IMG/VR virus record: IMGVR_UViG_3300025162_000016
Location: 248,001 to 312,000 of that record
Length of the DNA stretch: 64,000 bases
Reading direction: 5' to 3' (one strand)
Made by a program: the position numbers and the translations under genes. Of this stretch, positions 39,109 to 47,774 are shown one piece after another (within the stretch, counting starts at the first letter, position 1; every line of letters starts with the position of its first letter). The notes under the pieces were generated by a model. It was not told where the DNA came from. It made no database searches and worked only from the letters and a program-made list of their open reading frames with translations.

Positions 39109-39786
39109 ATGAAATACAACGAAGAGAAAGCCCAATGGTATAGAATATGTCCATTCTGTAAAAATGAAATATATCATAAATCAAAAAGTAGTTGCCAAGT
39201 ATGTGAACGAAGAAGCAGGTCTTGCCTTCAATGTCTTCCAAAGTTAGTCAAATGCACTGTATGCGGTAAACAAGGTCATACGAAGAGATTTCACGATGTT
39301 ATACCTACAGAAAAAGTATGTTCTTTATGTAAACACAATTTACCGATAGAAAATTTCTATTATAGAAATAAAAAAAGAAAAAATGGTAAGTTGAATTATA
39401 GTCCCTATTGTAAAACGTGTGAACAAAAAAAATACAATGAAAGATTCAATAGTTCTCCCGAAAAAAGAGCAATCATATTATGGAACTCGACAAAAATTAG
39501 ATGTAAAAAAGAAAATGTTCCATTTTCAATAAGTGTTGAAGACATCATCAATCAATATAAACTCCAAAATGGAAAATGTTTTTATAGTGAACAACTTATG
39601 TCTCCCATTGCTAAATCACCAACAAAGATGAGTATTGATAGAATTGATTCTTCTAAAGGATATACAAACGAAAACATCGTATTATGCACTTGGAGAATAA
39701 ATGCAATGAAAAATAATGATTCTCAAGAAAGTTTCATTTCTATGTGTAATCAAATAAGTAGATTTTCAAATGATAGGAAATTTTAA
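39109..39786 (+). CDS. Zn-finger plus HNH-like endonuclease
   Basis: Multiple CxxC; CFYS...SIDRIDSSKGY..N..LC...N.MK. Confidence 0.7.
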   Translation: MKYNEEKAQWYRICPFCKNEIYHKSKSSCQVCERRSRSCLQCLPKLVKCTVCGKQGHTKRFHDVIPTEKVCSLCKHNLPIENFYYRNKKRKNGKLNYSPYCKTCEQKKYNERFNSSPEKRAIILWNSTKIRCKKENVPFSISVEDIINQYKLQNGKCFYSEQLMSPIAKSPTKMSIDRIDSSKGYTNENIVLCTWRINAMKNNDSQESFISMCNQISRFSNDRKF

Positions 39787-40006
39787 TATGGTTGGCAAAC
39801 GTGTAAAAGGAACGTGTAGGTATGTAGGAGTAGATAACAAGATATTAGATGCCGATATAAATGCTGCAAATAATATAAGAAACCGTTATCTTCAACTTCC
39901 CTCCAGTATGTGTAAAAACTTAATGGAAGGGCAGGCTATAGTCAAAGAGCCTTATGCTGGAAACTTGTCTGGCAAGCCCCAACCCTTTAGGGTTGTGGGT
40001 AATTGA
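39770..40006 (+). pseudogene. C-terminal remnant of tnpB
   Basis: KGTCRY...ILDADINAANNI matches the TnpB1 C-terminus. Confidence 0.8.
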
Positions 40007-40026
40007 CTCTATTTGATTTTACAGTA

Positions 40027-40100
40027 TGGGCGGCGTCTGATAGCTCTACAACGGGTTGCTCCGTTGAACACTAAATAATGACGAGAATTCCCGCCCACCA
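40027..40100 (+). ncRNA. tRNA-like element (non-canonical)
   Basis: GGGCGG/CCGCCC acceptor plus ACCA and a CAACGG/CCGTTG stem, but no normal T-arm. Confidence 0.35.
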
Positions 40101-40107
40101 ATTTTAT

Positions 40108-40184
40108 AGCAATGTAGCTCAATTTGATAGAGCGTGTCTTTTATAAAGGCTTGGTTGTGGGTTTGAGTCCCACCATTGCTACCA
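40108..40184 (+). tRNA. tRNA-Ile(UAU)
   Basis: Acceptor AGCAATG/CATTGCT, loop TTTATAA, CCA. Confidence 0.85.
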
Positions 40185-40254
40185 TTTTCCATCGTTTGCT
40201 TATTCCGCCTCTTAACACCAGTCAAGTTTTTGTATATCAAATTCAATATTAAAT

Positions 40255-40503
40255 TTGTTGACAAGTAATCAACTATCTGATAGATTATCCCTAATGGAAA
40301 CCGAAGAAACTGAGAATCACAATGTATATGAGTTAGGAGTTGTTTCTGGAAAGCGAGACAATAAGATTTGCTTCAATTATGATCCAACTCGCTGGACTAC
40401 TTATAATAGATTAGAGCAGGAACAGGATTTAATTAGATTAGCATTGTTTGTAGAAGGGTATACCGAAGGATATGGAGTCCAACTGCTTGGTAAACTTGAT
40501 TAA
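40255..40503 (+). CDS. Hypothetical protein (likely start 40294)
   Basis: TTGACA...TCTGA-TAGATT promoter. Confidence 0.5.
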   Translation: MLTSNQLSDRLSLMETEETENHNVYELGVVSGKRDNKICFNYDPTRWTTYNRLEQEQDLIRLALFVEGYTEGYGVQLLGKLD

Positions 40504-40677
40504 TTATGATGTATTCTGAAATTTCGGTTGAGGTTTTAATTTTCTTTAATTTATTGGCATTTTTAATTGGATATAATTTCGGGAGAAATGGTAATTTTAA
40601 ACTATGATGTTCATAATTTCCATAATTATTACATTCCTAATAGGATATATTTCCGGAAGAATTGACGAATCCCTCCC

Positions 40678-40860
40678 ATGAAAATAAAAAATGAGTGTTG
40701 GTTTTGTAGTAAGCATATCACCCCGTCCAAAACATGGACTATTCAGTTGAAAAGTCAGTTTAGAACAATTGGATTATATTGTTCGGAGAAATGTGCTAAA
40801 TATGATTCTTGGGGTCCGCTATATAAATATAGCACGCCGGTAAGACTGACAAAAGCTTGA
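40678..40860 (+). CDS. Small Zn-binding hypothetical protein
   Basis: CWFC...YCSEKC. Confidence 0.45.
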   Translation: MKIKNECWFCSKHITPSKTWTIQLKSQFRTIGLYCSEKCAKYDSWGPLYKYSTPVRLTKA

Positions 40861-40891
40861 CTTGTTATAATAACTCTGACACAATATTATT

Positions 40892-41089
40892 GTGATTAAA
40901 ACTACAATAACCGTTCCCGCCGTGGAAATCTCCCGTGAGGAACGAGAAGACATGTTGGCAAGGTGGATAAAGTACGGAGTTTTACCGCCAGATGTTTTAG
41001 ATTGGAATATCGACGCTAACCCAGAAACAATGCGGTTTGTGGGTGACTTTTGTCAGCGAGTGGTAGTTGAATCAAAAATTAAAAAATGA
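40892..41089 (+). CDS. Hypothetical protein
   Basis: Cassette-type promoter at ~40858. Confidence 0.45.
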   Translation: MIKTTITVPAVEISREEREDMLARWIKYGVLPPDVLDWNIDANPETMRFVGDFCQRVVVESKIKK

Positions 41090-41207
41090 AACGTAAACAT
41101 ACATCGTGGTGTTGCTGTGCCAGTTGCGAAAAGAAATGGAAAACAATCTGTAGGCTTTGTGGCAAACCATTCCCTAAGCACCCCAATGGACGAATGAAGC
41201 CGTGTAA

Positions 41208-42134
41208 TTGCCCAATAAAATAAACAATTCCGGCTTTGTCGTATATTTATACAGTATGCGTAAAAGTCAATTTCGAAAATTAATTAAAGAAATCGTAAAA
41301 CAAATTTTTGAAGATCCAGATAGTCTGGAAACCAAAAATGGATTTGTCTCTTATGATGTAAATGATGGCGTAGAGGCGGTTGTTCTATTCGGAACCCTCG
41401 ACAGTATAAATAGTTATATGGTTTATTTCCCATCGAAAAAAACCGTTCTTTGTTCAGACCCTAAAATAAATGCATTATTGGCAGATGCCATAGCTAAAGG
41501 AGCAAGTAATCAAATATCTGGCGGCAGAGCTTGTGCTCATATGGAGATGAGAAAAGTTATAATGAATGCTCTTAAAGCAAGTCCGATCAATTGGGAAGAA
41601 TATACTAGTGCGAGGTTATTTAAAATATATAATCAGTGCGTGTTTAGTTTCTGGGATGCTACACCAACCTTAAGAAGCATAATGCCTATTATCTTTCAAT
41701 TTCTAAAAGATTTTAAATATAATCCCGCCGAAGTTCTATATCAACCTTGTGGTTATGGAGATACTCAATTACAACCATATAAGGAATTCCAAGACGGTGC
41801 GCCACCGGTTAACCGGGGATTATTGAATGAAAATATATATCCGAGACTGTTTTGGCTAAATCCGAGCGGGGAATTTATTAAAGTAGGAATGTATCAGCAT
41901 GATCCATGGGCGACCGCATATTTAACTAAAATAAATAAAATGCCAGATGATGGGGATATATTGGGTAAAATGGCAGAGCTTGGATGGTATCGGACATCAC
42001 ATGTGACTTCTTTCGGTAGAGAAGTAGTTGAATATGATTTTCCGAGAACGAGACCACCGAGCCCCAAACAAATTATGGCGCTTGAGGATTATGCTCAGGA
42101 AAACAAAGCGGAGTTATCCCCCAGAGCATTCTAA
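41208..42134 (+). CDS. Hypothetical protein (likely start MRKSQFRKLIKE)
   Basis: 308-aa ORF. Confidence 0.65.
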   Translation: MPNKINNSGFVVYLYSMRKSQFRKLIKEIVKQIFEDPDSLETKNGFVSYDVNDGVEAVVLFGTLDSINSYMVYFPSKKTVLCSDPKINALLADAIAKGASNQISGGRACAHMEMRKVIMNALKASPINWEEYTSARLFKIYNQCVFSFWDATPTLRSIMPIIFQFLKDFKYNPAEVLYQPCGYGDTQLQPYKEFQDGAPPVNRGLLNENIYPRLFWLNPSGEFIKVGMYQHDPWATAYLTKINKMPDDGDILGKMAELGWYRTSHVTSFGREVVEYDFPRTRPPSPKQIMALEDYAQENKAELSPRAF

Positions 42135-42488
42135 ACAGACAGGAGTAGCTGTCCCCGGTGCATCTTCTCCTAATATTCTTATCCAGTATCTTGCTTCGAA
42201 TTTTCTTACATTCCATTCATCGCCAATAATGTAGATTCGATCCCAAACCACACTATGAAGTTTTTTAATTTTACTGAAGAGTAATTCCGATTTCAATAGT
42301 TTTCTAAATACAATATCTAAATCTTTCTCGATTTTATTTAGGCTATAATTAGGTTGATCTCTTACGTCTATTTTAATTGGCACGCAGCTTAATACGTGCT
42401 CACGACAGTTAATATCGGTATCTGTATAGACCATTCCCATCTTCTCAATAGCTTTACGTCCTTTAATTTCAAAGTGAATAGAATTCAT
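42114..42488 (-). CDS. Hypothetical protein
   Basis: Downstream of thyX. Confidence 0.5.
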   Translation of the reverse strand: MNSIHFEIKGRKAIEKMGMVYTDTDINCREHVLSCVPIKIDVRDQPNYSLNKIEKDLDIVFRKLLKSELLFSKIKKLHSVVWDRIYIIGDEWNVRKFEARYWIRILGEDAPGTATPVCLECSGG

Positions 42489-42493
42489 ATTAT

Positions 42494-43183
42494 TTATAAT
42501 TCAAATGCGGATATTGTATATTGAAATGGATTTTTGTCAATATTTTTTACAAGCCGCAACATTTCTGCCGCAATTTCTTTTATCTCTTTTTGAGCCGATG
42601 GTTTATTACGAAGTTCTAAAAAGTGATAGAATGACCTCCAATTGAACATTACATCCGCTTGTATTTGTGAATTGTATGTCTTAAAAAATCTCGCCGACTC
42701 TTTGGCTCGTTTCCGTCCCAAAATAGGTTCTAATTCAGACAAGCATTGGTGATATAGCTTATTACCTAATTGAGTATAGGATTCTAATGATTTCGCCCAA
42801 TCATAATTTTTAAATGTCCCGGCAAACTCAGATTCTCCCATATCTACTTTGATACCAACCCAATCATTTGGAATAAGATACTTGTCTTCTTTTATTTCTT
42901 TATATCTAGCCGACTCCCCATTGATGGATACTCCCACCCGATGTTTAAGTAGGTGAATATGACTGGCGATATCAGTATCTACGAGAAAATGCAGAGATGA
43001 TTTTTCAAATGGGGTATGATGGTTATTCTTTGCGAGGGTCTTTAACAATTCGGGAATGCGGTTTCTTTTCTCTTCGGTCAAATCTCTACTTGTAGATGTC
43101 CATGCAGATAACGCATGGATTTCATCGTCCCCATAGTGCCCAATAAGTTCTACTGTATTATTCATGTTTTTTAACTTCTCCAA
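42494..43183 (-). CDS. thyX: FAD-dependent thymidylate synthase
   Basis: H.TPFE, HLLKHRVGVSINGESARY, FNWRSFYHFLELR, AQKEI. Confidence 0.93.
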   Translation of the reverse strand: MEKLKNMNNTVELIGHYGDDEIHALSAWTSTSRDLTEEKRNRIPELLKTLAKNNHHTPFEKSSLHFLVDTDIASHIHLLKHRVGVSINGESARYKEIKEDKYLIPNDWVGIKVDMGESEFAGTFKNYDWAKSLESYTQLGNKLYHQCLSELEPILGRKRAKESARFFKTYNSQIQADVMFNWRSFYHFLELRNKPSAQKEIKEIAAEMLRLVKNIDKNPFQYTISAFEL

Positions 43184-43704
43184 CCTGAAGGCGGTGATTT
43201 AATTTGATACAGCACATTTTCAATTGCTCGAACCTTTTCCAATTCATCTGCGGTAGGCTTACCTCCGATGGGACTCACCATTAGAATATTATCTAGTTCG
43301 TGCAGTTCTATTTGTCTCACGAAATATGGAGTTTCTACGAAATATTTGTTTAGACATTCTACTTTTTCCATAGCAGAACCGTTACGAAGGAATATATCTC
43401 CAATCTCTTTTTTATATTGTCTTTCAATTGACCGTTGTTGATCGATGATAACATGTTTTTCTTTTAATGACTTATATTTATCATATAGATCACACCAAAA
43501 TGTTTCATCATCTGATTGTTCCGTATAATCCATCAAAGTTAGAATAAGTTGTGCAACCCATTCTTTCTTTTCTTCTTGAGTGTAGTCTGCTAGATATTCA
43601 ATGTCCATATTTAACTTCTCCAACCAAAAGAATCCGGTTAACAACATCATCGGTGTAAAGAGCAACAAATTCAGCCTCTCCATCGATCTTATTATAGGAC
43701 TCAT
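43171..43704 (-). CDS. Hypothetical protein (start probably MDIEY)
   Basis: Operonic ORF. Confidence 0.5.
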   Translation of the reverse strand: MSPIIRSMERLNLLLFTPMMLLTGFFWLEKLNMDIEYLADYTQEEKKEWVAQLILTLMDYTEQSDDETFWCDLYDKYKSLKEKHVIIDQQRSIERQYKKEIGDIFLRNGSAMEKVECLNKYFVETPYFVRQIELHELDNILMVSPIGGKPTADELEKVRAIENVLYQIKSPPSGWRS

Positions 43705-44047
43705 TCATTAATCTTTCGAGCAATTTTTTATGACCATCCACCCATTTCTTACAATCATCATATAGCCAATCAACCAATGGGAATTTATCGGGAGGAACAC
43801 GATCATATACACGTCTGACAATAGGAATCATCATGCCGCATAAATGCTCTGAATTTTTCTCTTTTATTAACCGAGTTGCAACGGTATCCAAATAACCAGC
43901 AAGTTTATCACAGGTAGTCTCATTTATCAAACCATCAAGCAATCCCGTTACTCTCCATTTTTCTGTTAGTTTATTCATAATTTTATTATAAAACGTGGAT
44001 ATCATTTCTTTAAGTAAATTTCCGTGATCACCAAACCATATAACCAA
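43598..44047 (-). CDS. Hypothetical protein resembling the N-terminus of T4-type major capsid proteins (start probably MNKLTEKW)
   Basis: LTEKWRVTGLLDGL motif. Confidence 0.4.
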   Translation of the reverse strand: MVIWFGDHGNLLKEMISTFYNKIMNKLTEKWRVTGLLDGLINETTCDKLAGYLDTVATRLIKEKNSEHLCGMMIPIVRRVYDRVPPDKFPLVDWLYDDCKKWVDGHKKLLERLMNESYNKIDGEAEFVALYTDDVVNRILLVGEVKYGH

Positions 44048-44075
44048 TCCACCAATGGGAATTTATCGGGGCCGT

Positions 44076-44110
44076 TCAAGCCCCTATCCCTTTAGGGTAG
44101 GGGTTGTTGA
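44076..44110 (+). repeat. Orphan IS605-type right end (TnpB1 family)
   Basis: CAAGCCCCTATCCCTTTAGGGTAGGGGTTGTTGAC identical to the TnpB1 right end. Confidence 0.85.
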
Positions 44111-44206
44111 CCTTCCACATGTACTACACAATAATATACACAAAATTCCTGATTTGTATCAGTTATAGTTACTACATCACCCACCTTAAACGTATTTTCA
44201 ATCACA

Positions 44207-44452
44207 TTAATCTTTTTCTGTTTTTCGTGTGAGATAATCGAATAAGATATCGGTGTATCCTTTATCCCAACATTCTTCGTTGTCAGAGTCATAATGAATT
44301 AGTCTGAGTTTACAGTTATAATGCAAACTAAACCATTGATGGATATCCTCATTTTTATCACTCAAAAGATGTGCGGTAGTTAGAGGATTATTAATAAAAC
44401 AATCACACATCTCTTTATGCTCGTCGCAAACAGCTTTATACCACGTTTTCAT
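44207..44452 (-). CDS. Hypothetical protein
   Basis: CDEH, HYNC motifs. Confidence 0.5.
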   Translation of the reverse strand: MKTWYKAVCDEHKEMCDCFINNPLTTAHLLSDKNEDIHQWFSLHYNCKLRLIHYDSDNEECWDKGYTDILFDYLTRKTEKD

Positions 44453-44465
44453 ATTTTTATATTTA

Positions 44466-45065
44466 TTAATTCATTTGTTTGAGGTATAAATTATAATGAT
44501 ATTTTGATAAACCTCGGGCAAATGGTACAAATTGAGGATCGCAATCGGGCGTTTTATCTACTCTGGCATAAGAAACTGAACACACGTATTCCATTGTGTC
44601 TTTAATTTCATCAACTATTTTTTCAACTGACCACGCACTACCATCTAGTCTAACGCCACCCCGAACCTTGCCAATCACCGGGTTAACATAAGATGGGTTA
44701 TCCGAATGAATTATTGGTAAACATTGTAATCTATACGTTTTTACGATAAATACTGTAAAGTTTCCACCGCCACGAACAATTGCTTCTTTGTTTAAAACAT
44801 CCGAATATCCCGAGCCACAAGCTTTAGATTCATGTTCGTGAGCAAAATAACCATTTTTATCCACGAACGTCATACAGTAATCAGATGCCCGTATTCCATA
44901 AGGCTTTAACCACGCAATAGGTATGATTTCATAAAACTCACCCCGTGTATAGATATGTTCTGCTTTGTCTGACAATAATATGGGAGGTGAAGATATTGCA
45001 GATACGATCATAGGAGCACCAACTGCCCCTATGACTCCCGATTTAATAAAGTTTCTTCTATTCAC
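44466..45065 (-). CDS. Hypothetical protein with twin-arginine signal peptide
   Basis: MNRRNFIKSGVIGAVGAP. Confidence 0.65.
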   Translation of the reverse strand: MNRRNFIKSGVIGAVGAPMIVSAISSPPILLSDKAEHIYTRGEFYEIIPIAWLKPYGIRASDYCMTFVDKNGYFAHEHESKACGSGYSDVLNKEAIVRGGGNFTVFIVKTYRLQCLPIIHSDNPSYVNPVIGKVRGGVRLDGSAWSVEKIVDEIKDTMEYVCSVSYARVDKTPDCDPQFVPFARGLSKYHYNLYLKQMN

Positions 45066-45070
45066 GCCGA

Positions 45071-45424
45071 CTAGATGCTTTCAGTTTCCAATCTATTCAG
45101 TTCATTTTCAATTTCATTCACTTCAAGATTGAGGTCATTCAACCGTGTATGTAATAGTTCAATTTTAAACTTATTAATCTTCTCTTGTTCAATTCCTTCA
45201 ATTCGATGTAAAATTGCCCCAATTTCATCATCTCCACTGGCATTAACAATGTCGCAAGCCCAATCTTCTACACCGTCTTCTTCTTTACCCTCTAGACAGG
45301 GAAATAGGATTAATAGTTCGGCTTCAATTTGGGCGGTAAGCGAATTTATTTGAGTGTCGCTGATGAATCTCAATTTTGATGCCGCACTCATAATGATATT
45401 TTTAGATGTATTAATATTCTTCAT
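45071..45424 (-). CDS. Hypothetical protein, C-terminal coiled coil
   Basis: Operonic ORF. Confidence 0.55.
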   Translation of the reverse strand: MKNINTSKNIIMSAASKLRFISDTQINSLTAQIEAELLILFPCLEGKEEDGVEDWACDIVNASGDDEIGAILHRIEGIEQEKINKFKIELLHTRLNDLNLEVNEIENELNRLETESI

Positions 45425-45455
45425 ATATTTTAATTTTTTCTACTGTTGTTGATTT

Positions 45456-45860
45456 CTACAAATCGTAAAACTGTCTCAGAATTTCTTTATCCTGTTCACT
45501 AAGATGTTCTGGTATAAGCAGATTGACGCCAGCCGGATTTTTTGTATGTATTCTATCATCTCCACCTGTCCATCCTAATATCGGATTAGTTACCGGTGTT
45601 TTTTGTCGGCGACTGTTCGCATACTCAGCTAATTCTTCATCGCTCTCCCTTCGATCTCGCTCCCTTAATCTCTCATTTAATTCTAGTAATTCTTTCCCTA
45701 TTTGTTCGCCGGTATTACTGCTCGGTTGAATTTTCTCTGAATGTAATGGTGATTCTTCTTTTAATAATAGAAGTTTTTTTATTTCTATCAAATTAATCAC
45801 AATGGCTATCCCTATAAGAATTCCAACTACCGTCAATGCTATTCCCCAAACCAAATTCAT
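45456..45860 (-). CDS. Membrane-anchored hypothetical protein
   Basis: N-terminal TM helix. Confidence 0.6.
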   Translation of the reverse strand: MNLVWGIALTVVGILIGIAIVINLIEIKKLLLLKEESPLHSEKIQPSSNTGEQIGKELLELNERLRERDRRESDEELAEYANSRRQKTPVTNPILGWTGGDDRIHTKNPAGVNLLIPEHLSEQDKEILRQFYDL

Positions 45861-45863
45861 ATT

Positions 45864-46244
45864 TTATACTAACATTATCCCTTCTCCTCCCAATAATTCT
45901 TTTAAATTAATCTTCTTTGATTTCGATGTCTTAGATGACATTACATCTCTCCCACATCTTTTTTTTACATTCTCCTTTAATATTTGCATTTTTTTATCCA
46001 TCCCATTTAATTCCCTCACCGATTCATTCAACCTCGCATATAACTCTTCCATCTCTCCTCTTACTCTTTCCCGCTCATCCCATGGTAATTCATCTACTAT
46101 TTCCGATGGGTATTTCTTCAAGAATTTATCAACTTGTTTGTCCTGCCAAATAACTGTCTTTTTAAGTATTTCAGAAGCATTTAATAACTTCAAGGCTTCC
46201 TCATATAAATCTACCGGCAATTTATTCTTTTTGTGACTTTTCAT
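45864..46244 (-). CDS. Coiled-coil hypothetical protein
   Basis: Operonic ORF. Confidence 0.55.
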   Translation of the reverse strand: MKSHKKNKLPVDLYEEALKLLNASEILKKTVIWQDKQVDKFLKKYPSEIVDELPWDERERVRGEMEELYARLNESVRELNGMDKKMQILKENVKKRCGRDVMSSKTSKSKKINLKELLGGEGIMLV

Positions 46245-46317
46245 AATAATATCATATCACAATTAACTTGAATAGCAAGTTATTATAGCCGGAACTATGA
46301 TTTATATATATATGATA

Positions 46318-47022
46318 TTAACGCCGAGGTTTACGCCGAGGTTTACGTTTTGGAACATATCCAAACTCATGTACACTATCTCCACTACTATATAACTCTT
46401 TCGCCGTAACCGTAAGACTTAATATTTTATAATTACCGTTGACGTGATTCTTCCCATGCTCAATAGCATAATCTAAATTCAACGTAACCCAATCGCCGGG
46501 ATTTATTTTTAATTTATTCTTTTTATGCTTCTCTACTATTATTTTTATATCGTTGTTTAATTTATCAAGATATTCCTGTTTATTATATTTCATTTTTCTA
46601 AACACATCATTTTCCTTTGAATCTTTCATTGGTGGAAATCCATATTCAATAAAATATTTCCTTAACTTATTATAATATCTGATTTTATCTTCGATTTCTG
46701 AATGGATATTTGGCACTGCTCTATATATCTTCACCTCTGCATTCGGTTTATTTCGATAGAATTGCATCATACTAACACTATTCTTATCTCTATCATCGCC
46801 GCCGTTATCTCCATAACATCTGGCGGCATTTTTCGAATAAATGCCAAATTCGTCATCAGGATATATTTTAGTCAAATCATACAGTGGCGCACTACTCGTT
46901 TTGCCCGGTGCGGTATGTGGGCCTCTATAATCCTCCTGTTCCTTTATCATTTCATCCGGCTTCTCTGTTAGTGGTTTAGACTGATTGCTCATCTCCATCA
47001 ATATATCTTTTAACTTAATCAT
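46318..47022 (-). CDS. Putative R-S-E type ADP-ribosyltransferase-fold protein with MIKLKDIL N-terminus
   Basis: IYRAVP...INPGDWVT..YA..HG...GDSVHEFGY. Confidence 0.5.
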   Translation of the reverse strand: MIKLKDILMEMSNQSKPLTEKPDEMIKEQEDYRGPHTAPGKTSSAPLYDLTKIYPDDEFGIYSKNAARCYGDNGGDDRDKNSVSMMQFYRNKPNAEVKIYRAVPNIHSEIEDKIRYYNKLRKYFIEYGFPPMKDSKENDVFRKMKYNKQEYLDKLNNDIKIIVEKHKKNKLKINPGDWVTLNLDYAIEHGKNHVNGNYKILSLTVTAKELYSSGDSVHEFGYVPKRKPRRKPRR

Positions 47023-47768
47023 ATTTTATTCCAATAATTCGCTAGTTTAGATAACATTTTATTTTTCAATTTTGGATTCTTATTAAACACTCCTCTTTCA
47101 TACCGGCTAAATATTTTGGAATGTCTGATCGACTCACTAAAAGATATATCCGGATATTTTAACTTAATATGCTTCAATTCATTATTTAATTGCGATACGT
47201 AAGCATGTATCTCTGATTTCTGAGTTAAATAGTTATTATACCATTCTTGTTCATTCTCATTTCGGGCATTTCCTTTAGAAGAAATTTGATATAATTTTTG
47301 AATAAATTTAACTAAATGTACCGCCTCATGATGAGCTAACTCCTCAATATAATCCCGGTGTATTAAAATATTATTTACGGAATATACCGGATTAATTTGT
47401 AAATAAATCTCAATTGGATTACGATACAAATCAACGACGGCTCCATTTATTATAATATCTTCTCTTTTATTTTCCAATGCTAATAAAACATCAACTCTTT
47501 GTTCTTTTTCAATATTTAAATCAACCTCATGTTCTTTAATAATAAAAGAACTTCCATCGTCAATCTGTTTTTTAAAATATGTTTTATCTCCCGATAGAAT
47601 ATCCTCAATGCTATTATCTTTGTCCTTTACTTCTTCTAATAATTCTAGCCAGCAATTGAATATTTTATTGGAAATATATTGATGAAGCCGGTGATCACTA
47701 TAACCAGAATTAGATTCGGTTAATATTAACCACACCCCCTCACTCAATATATCTTTTAACTTAATCAT
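47019..47768 (-). CDS. Hypothetical protein with HExxH motif and MIKLKDIL N-terminus
   Basis: AHHEAVH, E..AY; internal ATG at 47768 lies just past the IS right end. Confidence 0.55.
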   Translation of the reverse strand: MIKLKDILSEGVWLILTESNSGYSDHRLHQYISNKIFNCWLELLEEVKDKDNSIEDILSGDKTYFKKQIDDGSSFIIKEHEVDLNIEKEQRVDVLLALENKREDIIINGAVVDLYRNPIEIYLQINPVYSVNNILIHRDYIEELAHHEAVHLVKFIQKLYQISSKGNARNENEQEWYNNYLTQKSEIHAYVSQLNNELKHIKLKYPDISFSESIRHSKIFSRYERGVFNKNPKLKNKMLSKLANYWNKI

Positions 47769-47774
47769 ATTAAG

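Larger units (their letters stand above)
38950..40007 (+). mobile_element. IS605-end-flanked element carrying an HNH-like gene and a tnpB remnant
   Basis: Left end matches the TnpB2 left end; right-end hairpin ending TTGAC. Confidence 0.7.
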
